A stretch of 64,000 bases of DNA from Acidobacteriota bacterium (GTDB lineage Bacteria; Acidobacteriota; Vicinamibacteria; Fen-336), in the NCBI GenBank assembly GCA_032127875.1, contig JAQBHI010000177.1:2609-66608 (forward strand), written 5' to 3'. Numbering within the stretch: the first letter of the stretch is position 1; the number at the start of each line of letters is the position of its first letter. A model generated the notes under the pieces. That model ran no database searches. It had not been told where the DNA came from and worked only from the letters and a program-made list of their open reading frames with translations. Positions 9,382 through 18,214 of the stretch are shown here, in pieces. A program made the position numbers and the translations under genes.

Positions 9382-10560
9382 TCAGGCTGCCTTGCTGGCC
9401 TCGAGGTCGCTCTTCAGGATTTCGATCGCCTTGTCGAGGATCACGTCGGCTGCGGGGGCCGCGGCCTGATCGTCGCCCTCCGCGGCTTCGGTGAGCGCGA
9501 CCGCAACCGAAGGCTCGACGCCCTTGCCGTGGATCGGGTTGCCCTTGGGCGAGAGGTACTTCGCCACGGTCAGAACCAGGCCGCCCTCGGGAAGCGGAAC
9601 GCGCTTTTGGATCGGGGCCGACCCGTAGGTGTGTTGGCCGACTACGGGCTTGCCGGCGTCCAGCAGGGCCGCGGCCACGACTTCGGCAGGGCCGGCGGTG
9701 CCGTAGTCCACCAGCACCACGAGCGGCAGCTCCCAACCCGAGCGCTTCGGGTCGGCCGTGAGCACTCGCTCCGCGACGCGACGACCGACCACCTTCGTCA
9801 CCGTTCCGCCCTTCAGGAAGACCGCGGCCGTGTCGACACCATCGGCGGGGTCGCCGTAGGCCGCATCGCGAAGATCGAGGACCAGACTCCTGGCGCCCTC
9901 GCGTTTGAGCGACTCCACTTCGTCCCGCACGGCGTCGGCCGTCTTCGCCGAGAACTCGGCGATCTTGAGATAGCCGGGACCCGACGGCAGGACGCGGGCC
10001 TTCAGTGTCTCGGCGACCAGGCGTTCGCGGACGATCGAGATGTCGATCGGGTCGAGGCCGGGGCGCAGCACCTGGAGCTTCACGACCGAGCCGGGAGCGC
10101 CTCGCAGCAGCCGCTCGCCAACCGGAACGCTCACGCCCCGCGTATGACGGCCGTCGATGGTCTTCACGATGTCGCCGCTCCTGACGCCCGCCCTCTCCGC
10201 TGGCGAGCCGGCGCGCGGGGCCACCACCGCGAGGAAGGTGAAGCGACGCGACAACACGACGCCGACGTCCGCCTCCGTATCCTTTGCTGGCTGCTGGTAG
10301 GCCTTCCATTCCTCCGGATCGAGGTAGGCGCTCTCCGGATCCAGGGCATCGGTGAGGCCCACGCGAGCGCCCGCCATCACGCGCTCGAGGTTCACGGGAT
10401 CGACGTACGTGTCGAGGACCAGACGGACCACTTCGCCGAACACCGAAAGCTGGCCGTAGGTCGTGTCGCCCAGGACGCGCCCGAGCACGCTGCCGAGCAG
10501 GACGTAAGCACACAGGGTCGTGGACGCGAGGGCAACAAGAAGACGGGCGCGCGGGCTCAT
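9382..10560 (-). CDS. CtpA/Prc (S41A) family PDZ protein, predicted catalytically inactive
   Basis: LDPESAYL, PDZ (GSPAERAGVRSGD), GYLKIAEFS, LVLDLR, KYLSPKG, GVEP; catalytic Ser and Lys positions substituted. Confidence 0.88.
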   Translation of the reverse strand: MSPRARLLVALASTTLCAYVLLGSVLGRVLGDTTYGQLSVFGEVVRLVLDTYVDPVNLERVMAGARVGLTDALDPESAYLDPEEWKAYQQPAKDTEADVGVVLSRRFTFLAVVAPRAGSPAERAGVRSGDIVKTIDGRHTRGVSVPVGERLLRGAPGSVVKLQVLRPGLDPIDISIVRERLVAETLKARVLPSGPGYLKIAEFSAKTADAVRDEVESLKREGARSLVLDLRDAAYGDPADGVDTAAVFLKGGTVTKVVGRRVAERVLTADPKRSGWELPLVVLVDYGTAGPAEVVAAALLDAGKPVVGQHTYGSAPIQKRVPLPEGGLVLTVAKYLSPKGNPIHGKGVEPSVAVALTEAAEGDDQAAAPAADVILDKAIEILKSDLEASKAA

Positions 10561-10578
10561 CCGACCATTATAGGCTGG

Positions 10579-11724
10579 CTATCTCTCTTCCTTCTTCAAC
10601 CACTCCGTCGGGTCTTCAGGTTTGCCCTGGAAGCGCACCTCGAAGTACAGGCCGGGGCCCTCCAGGCTGCTGCCGACAAGGCCCAGCGCCTCGCCCGCGA
10701 CGAGCCTGTGTCCAGGCGCAACCGTGGCCTGCGAGAGATTCGCGTACAGCGTGTGGTGCTTGCCGCCGTGGTCGAGAACCACCATCATGCCGTAGCCCTT
10801 GAAGCGATCGGCGAACACCACCGTGCCGTCGTAGACTGCCGCCACCGGCGTGTCCGCCGCGGCTGCGATCTGGATGCCGTTCTGGATCGTATAGGTGTCG
10901 AAGCGTGGGTGCTTGCGCAGGCCGAACGGAACGCGGATGCGCCCCCTCACCGGCCACGGCAGCGAGCCCTTGAAGACGGCTGCCGGCACGCTCACGTCGC
11001 TCGGGTCCAGGCCGGCGATCAAGTCCTGCAGGCGTGCTTCGGCTTCCCGCAGCTCCTGAACGTAGGCCGCGTTCGTCTCTTTCTTCTCGACGATCGACGT
11101 CAGCAGTTCGGTCTTCCGCTTGCGGTCGGTCTCGAGCTGCCGCTGCGTCTTCTGCAGTTCACCACGCAGCGCGACGGCCTCCTGGGTCTTCGCCTCCAGT
11201 TCGGTGCGCGTCACCGCGAGCGTCACGAGGTCGCCGCGGAATGCGGCGATGCGCTGGTTGTCGCGGTGCGCCAACGCCGTCACGTAGCGGTAGCCATTCA
11301 GGAAGTCGGAGGGTCGTTCCACCGACAGCAGCAGGCGCACGTAGGAGACCTCGCCCAGCTTGTACAGGTCGCGCGCCCGGGCTTTCAGCAGCGGTCGCTC
11401 CACCTCGACCTGGGCTTCGATCTGCTTCGAACGCTTGAGTGTGGCGTCGAGTTGGGCGTTGGTCTTCTGAAGCTGCAACTGGGCCTCGCGCAGTTCCTCG
11501 CCGCGCAGCCGTACCTCGAGATCGAGGCGCTCGACCTCCCCGAGCAGGCTCTTCTCCTCCACCCGCAGTCGCGCCACCTCGCGCTCCAGCGCGGCCCGAC
11601 GTTCCTGCACCTTCTGGAGGCGCTGGTCGGCGCTGGAGGCTGTCGAGCCAGCCGACGGCGCCTGAGCGTCCGCGACGGCGGCCAGCGAGAACGCTAGTCC
11701 CAGCAGCAGCGCTAGCCGGCTCAC
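10579..11724 (-). CDS. envC: Murein hydrolase activator EnvC-like (coiled coil + degenerate M23/LytM)
   Basis: GTG overlaps upstream TGA; signal peptide, long coiled coil, KGSLPWPVRG, NGIQI, GYGMMVVLDHG, TLYANL, LYFEVR. Confidence 0.85.
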   Translation of the reverse strand: MSRLALLLGLAFSLAAVADAQAPSAGSTASSADQRLQKVQERRAALEREVARLRVEEKSLLGEVERLDLEVRLRGEELREAQLQLQKTNAQLDATLKRSKQIEAQVEVERPLLKARARDLYKLGEVSYVRLLLSVERPSDFLNGYRYVTALAHRDNQRIAAFRGDLVTLAVTRTELEAKTQEAVALRGELQKTQRQLETDRKRKTELLTSIVEKKETNAAYVQELREAEARLQDLIAGLDPSDVSVPAAVFKGSLPWPVRGRIRVPFGLRKHPRFDTYTIQNGIQIAAAADTPVAAVYDGTVVFADRFKGYGMMVVLDHGGKHHTLYANLSQATVAPGHRLVAGEALGLVGSSLEGPGLYFEVRFQGKPEDPTEWLKKEER

Positions 11725-13799
11725 ATCAGGGGTTCGCCGTCCAGGTCGGGCGGGACGGGCGCGCCGATCAGCTTCAGGATCGTGGGCGAGAGGTCCATGA
11801 TGCCCGGGCCTTCGGTGTTGATCTTGCGGTTGCTGAAGAAGACTCCGCCGCTGATCTCCGTCGCCGTGGCGCAGTGGTCGCCGCTCCACTTGCGGTTGTT
11901 GTTCTCCACCACGGCGCGCGTCACGCCGCCGAGTGTATCCTGCCAGCCCACCCGATAGCCGTCGTTGAAGCCGACCTGCAGGTCCGGCGCGAATTGCAGG
12001 TATTCGCCCTTGTAGATGTCGTCGCGCTTGTAGATGTCGCGGAATACCGGCAGGCCCGTGTCGGGATCGGTCACGGTGACGAGCTTCGAGCGGATCTCGT
12101 CCTGCAGCGCTGTGTACTCGGCGCCGGCCGAGACGATGCCCTGGCCCTCGCGCCCGCGGAGGTTGAAGTAGATCTGGCCCAGGCCCACGGCGTAGGCCTT
12201 GGTGCGCGTCCAGTCCACGCCTTCGAAGAACTTGCCGCGCCCGAACAGATCCGCGAGGCCCTTCTTGTCGTCGAGCTGGCCGTGGAAGGACATGTAGCCG
12301 TTCTGCACCAGCCAGGTGTTGAGGTTCACGCCGCGCCGGAAGGAATGGAAGCCGTGGTCGGACATCACCATGAAGGTCGTATCCGGGGGCAGCCTGGCTT
12401 GCAGCTTGCCTACCATATCGTCGGCCCGCCGGTACACCTTCTCGATCGAATCCCCGTACTTCTGGGCGAGCGCTTCGTCGTACATCGGGTGCTCGGGATC
12501 GATCAGCCGCCACATCATGTGCGAGACCCGGTCTGTCGTCTCGATCACCGCCACGAACAGGTCCCAGTCGCTGCGCTCGAGGTTCTTGAAGATGACCCGC
12601 TCCCGATCGTCGAAGGCCTTCTCCGAGTCGTACATGAAGTCGGCCTCGCTGAGCCGGCCTTCGTTCAGGGCCTTGTCCGCGGACTCGGCCCAGCCCAGCG
12701 TACGGTACAGGCCGAGCTGCTTGGCGAGGCGCGGCGCGAAGTCGCCGGGCTTCGAGATGGGAATCGGAGGATTGCGCGGGTCGAGGTTCACGGGCGAGGC
12801 GTAGAGCTGCAGTTCCTTATCGGCGCGGACCACGTAGAACTGCGTCATCCCGTGGGCCTTCACCAGGAAGTTGAACTTGAAGGTGAGGGGCACCCAGTCG
12901 CTCCACTGACCCTGCTTCAGGGTGAGCTTCTGGCCCTCGATCTCGAGCTCGGCCTGACCGGAGTTCTCGGTCCACTTCAGCTTCAGGGGGAGGTTGACGT
13001 CCTTGCCCTTCGCGAGCTCGTCGAGGCGTGCCTTGTCGGCCTCGCTGAGCGCCCCGTTCTTCTTCTTGGCCTTGAGCTCGCGCTCCTCCTGCTTGAGGAT
13101 CGGGTTCTCGGGACCCTTGACGGAAGTGTCCGCCACGCCGCCCTCGAAGAGCAGCGTCTTCAGATAGCCGCCGAACTCAGTGTTGCCTTCTTCGAATGAC
13201 GTCAGGTCGGTAGCCCAGTAGTTGAACGTGCCGACGGTGCCGCGGATGTCGGGCAGCGGCAGGCCGGCCAGCATCTCGCCGTGCTCGATCTCCTCCGGCG
13301 GGAACGTCATGGGCACGGTCAGCACGATGCTCTTGATGCCGTCGCGACCGGCGTGAACCCAGAACGAGGTCCCGCCGCGGGTCGACGTGAGTTTCGGCCG
13401 TTTCGTCGGGAAGAAGCCCCACAGGAACTCTGGCGGCTCCTTCTTCACCATCCCAAGGTCGGGCAGGTAGGTGTCGAAGTCACGGATCAGGAAGTCGTAG
13501 ATGTTGTGCTTGCCCGGGTTCACACCGGTCGCGAAGCTCGACCAAGCGGTCGGTGACTCGGACGGCTGTGTCGAGGCCAGCGTCGCAAAGGTGCCCTGCT
13601 CGGCCAGCCTCTTCAGGTTGGGAAGCTTGCCCTCGTCCATGAACTTGCGGGCGAGCGTCGGGTCCATCCCGTCGAAGCCCATCACCATCACCTTCTGGGG
13701 AGCCTGGCGCTGGGGTTTTTGGGTTTTTGGCGCACCGGAGCAGCCGGCGACCAGGGCGGCCAAGGACAGCGGGAACAGGGCCCAGCGATTCGATACCAT
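11721..13799 (-). CDS. Alkaline phosphatase superfamily (type I phosphodiesterase/nucleotide pyrophosphatase) lipoprotein
   Basis: Lipobox LVAGC; GFDGMD, SPTAWSSFATGVNPGKHNIYDF, TDRVSH, MSDHGF, WSGDH. Confidence 0.9.
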   Translation of the reverse strand: MVSNRWALFPLSLAALVAGCSGAPKTQKPQRQAPQKVMVMGFDGMDPTLARKFMDEGKLPNLKRLAEQGTFATLASTQPSESPTAWSSFATGVNPGKHNIYDFLIRDFDTYLPDLGMVKKEPPEFLWGFFPTKRPKLTSTRGGTSFWVHAGRDGIKSIVLTVPMTFPPEEIEHGEMLAGLPLPDIRGTVGTFNYWATDLTSFEEGNTEFGGYLKTLLFEGGVADTSVKGPENPILKQEERELKAKKKNGALSEADKARLDELAKGKDVNLPLKLKWTENSGQAELEIEGQKLTLKQGQWSDWVPLTFKFNFLVKAHGMTQFYVVRADKELQLYASPVNLDPRNPPIPISKPGDFAPRLAKQLGLYRTLGWAESADKALNEGRLSEADFMYDSEKAFDDRERVIFKNLERSDWDLFVAVIETTDRVSHMMWRLIDPEHPMYDEALAQKYGDSIEKVYRRADDMVGKLQARLPPDTTFMVMSDHGFHSFRRGVNLNTWLVQNGYMSFHGQLDDKKGLADLFGRGKFFEGVDWTRTKAYAVGLGQIYFNLRGREGQGIVSAGAEYTALQDEIRSKLVTVTDPDTGLPVFRDIYKRDDIYKGEYLQFAPDLQVGFNDGYRVGWQDTLGGVTRAVVENNNRKWSGDHCATATEISGGVFFSNRKINTEGPGIMDLSPTILKLIGAPVPPDLDGEPLM

Positions 13800-13885
13800 T
13801 GTCTTCCGACTCCTCGATGGCGAAGGGCCGCTGCGCGGCCCAAAACACGCCATTCTATCCGAGCCTCAACTCCAAGGCGACGGGG

Positions 13886-14896
13886 CTAACGGGGCTGCGT
13901 GCGCCGCTTGATGCGCCGCGGCACCGCGACGGGCGTGAGGCTCGGGGCAAATCCTGTTTCGCTCGGCGCGGGCATCGGGAAAAGCGTCGGCTCGAGCTCC
14001 GTCGCGACGAGCGAAGGGCCTCCGTCCGGGAACAGCTTGCTCAGGTAGTGCTTCAGCGTGAGATTTGTCGGGCCGTAGCCCTTGTCGTAGAGGAAATGCT
14101 CGCAAGCCTCGCCCATTCGCGCGGCCGTCGCGAAGCGATGCTCGGGATCGCGCTCGAGCGCTTGTCTCAGGATCTCGAGCACCGCCTCGGGAATGTCAGG
14201 GTTGAGGGCGCGCGGCGAGGGCTGGGTGTCGCTGATCACGCGTTCCAGAACCTCGGCCGTCGAGCGGCCTCTGAACAGCCGCTCCCCCGTGAGCATCTCG
14301 AAGAGCACGGTGCCCAGGCTGAAGATGTCGCTGCGGTTGTCCGCCCGCAGTTCCACGATCGTCTCCGGCGCCATGTACGCAGGCTTCCCCGTGAGGCTCT
14401 CGTCCCGGTCGCCGCTGCGCGTCGCGATCCCGAAATCAATCAACTTCACGGTGCCCTCGCGGGTCATCATGATGTTGCTGGGGCTGATGTCGCGGTGGAC
14501 GATCGCTGCGCCCTCGAAGACGTACTGCAAGGCGCGGCAAACGCGACTCGCGATAAACACCGCCAACTCGATCTCGGGTTTTTGGCCCAGCTGCCTATGC
14601 CGCTCGCCGTACTCCACGAGGCTCCAGCCGTCGATGAACTCGAGAATCATGCTGAGCTCGCCGCCAACCTCCTCGAAATCGAACATGCGGCCGATGTTCT
14701 CGTGGTCCAGCACCGCGTAGCGTCGCGCCTCCTCCACGAACAGGCGGACCTGCTCGGGCTCCCCCAGCTGCCTCAGTTTCTTGATCACGATCGGGCGCTG
14801 GAAACCTGCCTGGCCGACGAGCGCGCCCTTGTGGATGGTGCCCATCCCACCAGCGCCAAGCTCGTGGTGAATCACGTACTTCGCGGAGTCCGGCAT
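13886..14896 (-). CDS. Hanks-type Ser/Thr protein kinase, cytoplasmic, kinase domain only
   Basis: LGAGGMG, VIKK, HRDISPSN, DFG, YMAPE, SDIFSLG. Confidence 0.93.
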   Translation of the reverse strand: MPDSAKYVIHHELGAGGMGTIHKGALVGQAGFQRPIVIKKLRQLGEPEQVRLFVEEARRYAVLDHENIGRMFDFEEVGGELSMILEFIDGWSLVEYGERHRQLGQKPEIELAVFIASRVCRALQYVFEGAAIVHRDISPSNIMMTREGTVKLIDFGIATRSGDRDESLTGKPAYMAPETIVELRADNRSDIFSLGTVLFEMLTGERLFRGRSTAEVLERVISDTQPSPRALNPDIPEAVLEILRQALERDPEHRFATAARMGEACEHFLYDKGYGPTNLTLKHYLSKLFPDGGPSLVATELEPTLFPMPAPSETGFAPSLTPVAVPRRIKRRTQPR

Positions 14897-14944
14897 GAGC
14901 ACCTTCCCCGCCAAAGGGGGCGAGCAGTATACTGCCGTTTTGCG

Positions 14945-15388
14945 ATGCGGTACCTGGGTCTCGACGTCGGCGACGTTCGCATCGGAGTCGCGCTTTCCGA
15001 CGCCAGCGCGACGATCGCGGGCGGCCTGGCGACCCTGACGCGGGTCGGTCCGCGCAAGGATGTGAAGGCCGTGGCGGCGCTGATTCGCGAGCACCAGGCC
15101 GGCGAGGTGGTGGTGGGACTGCCGCGCCGCCTCGATGGCTCGGTCGGCATCCAGGCGCAGAAGGTGCTCGACTTCATGGACGCGGTACGCGCGGCCGTGA
15201 AGGTGCCGGTGGTGGCCTGGGACGAGCGCTTCACCTCCGCGTTGGCGCAGCAGGCCCTGCTCGAAGCAGACGTCTCGCGCAAGGCACGCAAGGGCGCCGT
15301 GGACAAGGTGGCGGCCATCCTGATCCTCCAGAACTACCTGGATTACCGGAAGGTCGCCGATTCCGAGGCCCACAAGCCTGAGGCCTAG
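14945..15388 (+). CDS. ruvX: YqgF/RuvX family nuclease (pre-16S rRNA processing / resolvase-like)
   Basis: LGLDVGDVRIGVALSD, VVGLP, DERFTS, VDKVAAILILQ. Confidence 0.95.
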   Translation: MRYLGLDVGDVRIGVALSDASATIAGGLATLTRVGPRKDVKAVAALIREHQAGEVVVGLPRRLDGSVGIQAQKVLDFMDAVRAAVKVPVVAWDERFTSALAQQALLEADVSRKARKGAVDKVAAILILQNYLDYRKVADSEAHKPEA

Positions 15389-15410
15389 CGCGCTCAGAAA
15401 GCAGTTCCGG

Positions 15411-16415
15411 TTGGCGCTCCTGCTGGCGGCGCTAGCCTTTACCGTGAAGTACGCCTGGGAGTACGAGACGACGCGCCGCGCGCTCCGGCTCGCGAGCGAG
15501 GCGCCGCATGCTTTCCGCGTGGAGCCCGGCGCGAACGCCGAGTCGATCGGGCAGGGCCTTCACGAGCTCGGCCTGGTTTCCTACCCATGGCTGTTCCGCG
15601 CCTACGTTCTCCAGCGCGGCGACGGCGCCCGGCTGCGAGCGGGCGACTACTCCTTCTCCGGCACCCTGACCCTCGAGGAGCTCGTGAATCGGCTCGTCGA
15701 GGGCGCGGTGGTCCGCCACGACGTCACTTTTCCGGAGGGCCGAGCCCTCGTCGAGATGGCGGAGATCGCTGCCGCGAAGGGTCTGCCGGCCGACGAGTTC
15801 CTGAAGGCCGCGCGCGATCCGGCCACGATCCGCGATCTCGACCCCGAGGCCGCGGATCTCGAGGGCTATCTGTTCCCCGACACCTACGACGTAAGCCGGC
15901 GGCCTGGTGCCGCCGCGGTGCTCGTGGCCCGCATGCTGCATCGCTTCCGCGAAGTGATCCGACCCGAGCTGCCGCGGCTAGTGAGTCGAGGTCTGCGCGT
16001 TCGCGAGCTCGTCACGCTCGCGTCGCTCGTGGAGCTCGAGACGGCCCGCGCCGACGAGCGGCCCCGGATCGCCGCCGTGTTCCTGAACCGGTTGAAGAAA
16101 GGCATGCTGTTGCAGACAGACCCCACCATCATCTACGCGCTGCGCGAGGCAGGAAGTTGGGACGGCAACATCCGCAAGCGCGACCTCGCGATCGAGTCGC
16201 CCTACAACACCTACCGCTACCCGGGTCTGCCACCCGGGCCGATCGGCTCGCCGGGGCGCGAAGCGCTGCTCGCGGTGATTGCGCCCGCGGACGTGAAGGA
16301 CCTCTACTTCGTGAGCCGCAACGACGGCAGCCACGAGTTCAGCGAGACGCTCGGGCAGCACGAACGAGCAGTCGACCGATTCCAGCGCCGCCGTCCGCGC
16401 GTGCAGGGGAGCTGA
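15411..16415 (+). CDS. mltG: Endolytic transglycosylase MltG (start may be slightly upstream)
   Basis: TFPEG, LEGYLFPDTY, LASLVELE, VFLNRL, LQTDPT, SPYNTY, GLPPGPI, LYFV. Confidence 0.95.
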   Translation: MALLLAALAFTVKYAWEYETTRRALRLASEAPHAFRVEPGANAESIGQGLHELGLVSYPWLFRAYVLQRGDGARLRAGDYSFSGTLTLEELVNRLVEGAVVRHDVTFPEGRALVEMAEIAAAKGLPADEFLKAARDPATIRDLDPEAADLEGYLFPDTYDVSRRPGAAAVLVARMLHRFREVIRPELPRLVSRGLRVRELVTLASLVELETARADERPRIAAVFLNRLKKGMLLQTDPTIIYALREAGSWDGNIRKRDLAIESPYNTYRYPGLPPGPIGSPGREALLAVIAPADVKDLYFVSRNDGSHEFSETLGQHERAVDRFQRRRPRVQGS

Positions 16416-18181
16416 TGGGGGTCCGGACGCCCGAGTCCGCCGCGCGCTCCGGCTCGCTCTACGATTCACGACGGGCCGGGCCCGGCCTGCCTGCGGCATG
16501 CTTTCTTTTCCTGGTTGTGTTCTTGCTCCTCATCTCGAATGGGCGCCCCATCGAGTCGGGCGACACGCGGGTGAATGCACGTGTGGCGGCGAGCCTCGTG
16601 CAACAAGGCAACTTCGATCTCGACGAGTATCCCGACGCCGAGTTTCCGTTCGCCCGCGAAGCGAATGGCCACCGCGTCTCCATCTACCCGGCCTTGCCCG
16701 CGCTGCTCGCGGCGCCGGTCTTCCTGGCCTGCCGGTTCTTCGTGGCGCTCGACGAGACGGGGGTTGCGCTCGCGGGAAAGCTCGCCGCTTCTCTGCTCTC
16801 GGCGCTGGCCGCCGCCGTGCTGTTCTGCGCGATCGGCCGGCGCCATCCGGCCGCCGACGCGCGCTTCGCAGCCGTTGTGTTCGCGCTGGGCACCAGCGTC
16901 TGGTCCACCAGTCAGGCGCTCTGGCAGCACCCTGCGGCGGTGCTGTTTCTCGCCACCGCCGTGCTGTTCCTGCTCAAGGGCGAGGACGACGAGGCGTGGG
17001 TTGGACGCGCGGGGCTGCCGCTCGCGCTGGCGCTGGCGGCGAGGCAGGCCGACGTGGCGCTGGTCGCGGCGTTGGCGCTTGCGATCGTCGTGCGTTGGCC
17101 GCGCCGAAGCGCTTCGCTCGTCTTGTGGGGCCTGGGGCCCGTGCTCTTCGTGCTCGCGTACCAATGGGTCTATTTCGGGTCGCCCCTCGAGCACGGCTTT
17201 TCGGGCAGCCTCGGTCGCTTTTCGGCGCCCTGGGGCAGCGGCCACCTGGGCCTGTTGGTCTCGCCCGCCAAGGGCCTGCTGGTATTCACGCCGGTCGTGA
17301 TCGTGACTTTGCTGGGCCTCGCGCGCGCCTTTCGGCGCGGTGAGCGCTGGCTCGCGCTGGCGTTGGGCGGCGCGGCGTTCGCACATTTCGCGCTGATGGG
17401 GCGCTGGAGCGAATGGGACGGCGGTGAGAGCTTCGGCCCACGCCTCATGACCGATGCGCTGCCGCTGCTGCTGTTGTTTCTGCCCGAGGGCATTTCCGTC
17501 GCGGGTGGCTGGGGCGCGGCACTCGCCGTGCTTGGCATCGGTGTACAAGCGCTCGGAGCATTCGCCGACGATGGCCGCTGGGAACGGCTTTATCAGCGGC
17601 CCTCGGCCCCTGGCCACCCCGAGCTGTGGGACGTGGCCAGAAGCCCGATCCCGCTGTACGCGCGTCGCGCCGCCTTCGTCGCGGCCCTGCCTGGCGTTCG
17701 TGCGGGGCAGGTCGTACTGCGGGAGCATCCGTTCGTGTGGTTCAGCCCCAGCGGCTCGCGTTTTGGCTTTTTGGATCCCGACAAGATCGAGGTCAAGGGC
17801 GCCGATGCCACGGCCAGCGACGCGTACCTGATGCGCGGCGCGCGAGTCGATGAAGGCTATCTGCGGCTGCGCGGGCGCTGGGATGGCTTGTTCTTGCGCG
17901 TCACACCCGAGGCGCGGCTCCGACGCCTTGAGTTGCGCGTGAATGGCCACGGCAACGGCTCGCTGTACGTCGGCGAGCGCTCCTTCTGGAGCGACAAGAC
18001 GCGCTTTCGCGAATACCGAATGTCTGGAGTCTTTCGGATCCGGCACCCATACCTGTTCGCGGACTCGGGCGGATCGGATCTCGTGATCACGCTTGGGCGC
18101 GGCGCCGGCACGGCTTCGATCGACTCGGTCGCGCTGGTTCCGCCAAGCGAGCCCGAGAACGTGATCGAACTGCGGCCGTAA
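16415..18181 (+). CDS. GT-C fold multi-pass membrane glycosyltransferase-like protein with C-terminal soluble domain
   Basis: ATG overlaps mltG TGA; SGDT loop after TM1, SQALWQH, GLLVSP.KGLL.FTP, W.GG.SFGPR. Confidence 0.75.
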   Translation: MGVRTPESAARSGSLYDSRRAGPGLPAACFLFLVVFLLLISNGRPIESGDTRVNARVAASLVQQGNFDLDEYPDAEFPFAREANGHRVSIYPALPALLAAPVFLACRFFVALDETGVALAGKLAASLLSALAAAVLFCAIGRRHPAADARFAAVVFALGTSVWSTSQALWQHPAAVLFLATAVLFLLKGEDDEAWVGRAGLPLALALAARQADVALVAALALAIVVRWPRRSASLVLWGLGPVLFVLAYQWVYFGSPLEHGFSGSLGRFSAPWGSGHLGLLVSPAKGLLVFTPVVIVTLLGLARAFRRGERWLALALGGAAFAHFALMGRWSEWDGGESFGPRLMTDALPLLLLFLPEGISVAGGWGAALAVLGIGVQALGAFADDGRWERLYQRPSAPGHPELWDVARSPIPLYARRAAFVAALPGVRAGQVVLREHPFVWFSPSGSRFGFLDPDKIEVKGADATASDAYLMRGARVDEGYLRLRGRWDGLFLRVTPEARLRRLELRVNGHGNGSLYVGERSFWSDKTRFREYRMSGVFRIRHPYLFADSGGSDLVITLGRGAGTASIDSVALVPPSEPENVIELRP

Positions 18182-18214
18182 CCTCTGACACTGACGTCTC
18201 GTGGCTCCGAGGCC

